A stretch of DNA of 63,289 nucleotides, filler included, from Folioceros fuciformis (lineage: Eukaryota), in assembly GCA_049999805.1 (NCBI GenBank). It is 5 parts of 5 records of this genome, joined end to end, with 100 filler letters (N's around TTAATTAATTAA, not from the genome) between each part and the next. Parts side by side here need not be neighbours in the genome. Positions count along the whole stretch, not along the records: positions 62,231 to 63,289 come from JBNGIO010005667.1; 4 more parts are not named here. One strand, written 5' to 3'. The translations under genes were made by a program, and so were the position numbers. Of this stretch, positions 62,231 to 63,289 are shown one piece after another. Under the pieces are notes generated by a model. The model did no database searches. It was given only the letters and a program-made list of their open reading frames with translations, and was not told the DNA's origin. How positions within the stretch are numbered: position 1 is the first letter of the stretch; every line of letters begins with the position of its first letter.

Positions 62231-63289
62231 TTCAGCACTTCCAGCTGTTTCACACTTTGAGGATTCTTCCCATGAGGATACTGCTCCTGTAGGTGGGGAA
62301 GATGTTGCTAGACGAGACACAGTTGCAGCTGATCCTATGGAGGAGATTGTATCAGCTGAAAATGATAATATATAGGAGCCACATCCTGAAATTGCTCCTA
62401 ACGCTGAGGATGCTATACCTGAAGAATTGAGTGTAGCTGATCCTGCACATGTTGCCATTCTTCCAAATGTTGAAGAAACACCTAATCCACCTCCTGAGCG
62501 TCGATATCTTGCAAGGATCCGCCGAGCCCCTGATTATTATCAGTCACAAGACTTTCGGCCACAAGCTCATGCAGCTTCTTCTTTTCTCCATGTGGAACCT
62601 CAGTCTTATGAAGAAGCTCTTCACAGACCTGATTCAGCAGAATGGAAAAAGGCCATACAGTCAGAGTATGACTCCTTAATAAAAAATGGCACTTGGGAAC
62701 TTGCTGAATTACCTCCAGGACGAAAAATGGTGTCTTGCAAGTGGGTATTCAAGCTCAAAGTGAAGGCTGATGGTACCTTTGATAGGTATAAAGCTCGCCT
62801 TGTTGCTCGAGGCTTCTCCCAAGTACCAGGCCTTGACTATTTTGAGACATATGCACCTGTTGTAAAGATGGCTACCTTTCGAACTCTCTGCGCAGTAGCT
62901 GGATTCAAAGACTATGAGCTACAAATGTTTGATGTGAAGACAGCTTTCCTTCATGGGAAGCTTGACACAGAAATCTACATGCAATAGCCACCAGGCTATG
63001 AGGTTAAAGGGAAAGAGGATCATGTTCTTCTTTTGAAGAAAACTCTATATGACCTTAAACAGTCAGCTCTAAAGTGGAACAAAGCCCTTGATGAAGAGCT
63101 TCAGACTTTAGGCTTTGAGAAATGTAAGGCTGATGGCAGTTTGTATGTCCAAAGGAAAGGTGAAGTGGTTTGCTATCTGGCTGTCTATGTAGACGACCTG
63201 ATATTAGTTTGCAACAGCCCTAACTACATTCTAGAATTGAATGGACTGTTAGCAGTTAAATTTGAGATGACAAACCTAGGACCACTTCA
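62231..63289 (+). mobile_element. Ty1/Copia RT fragment (different family)
   Basis: EPQSYEEAL, TWEL..LP.GRK.VSCKWVFK.K, YKARLVARGF, DVKTAFLHG, VYVDDL. Stop at 62985. Confidence 0.9.

Overview
A 63-kb eukaryotic window from a land plant. Short (~90-bp) introns and the gene and TE content suggest a non-seed plant such as a hornwort or lycophyte (inference). It is a scaffold of several contigs joined by N gaps, four of which carry an artificial TTAATTAATTAA linker. Host genes that look intact: RIN4/NOI (5' partial), a small membrane protein with an ABRE+RY promoter, DRP5A and SPB1/FTSJ3. Broken host genes: an amine-oxidase/cyclopropane-fatty-acid-synthase pseudogene and a truncated HEN2 helicase copy. 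The rest is nested TE debris: Copia, Gypsy, a large-LTR family 'X' (TGTGAACC...CCTCCACA), L1, CRE-like and Tad1-like LINEs, Harbinger, pogo and a TIR-bounded SWIM-type element. Most notable: (1) an intronless BTB/BACK-SPRY gene resembling a family expanded in arbuscular-mycorrhizal fungi, with a second remnant copy on the SPB1 contig, alongside a fungal-type Tad1 LINE and a rust-fungus-like Harbinger; (2) a circularly permuted 6-kb contig implying a tandem duplication that created a HEN2/antisense-gag chimera; (3) reciprocal nesting of two LTR families. All family assignments come from recognising motifs by eye; no database search was run.
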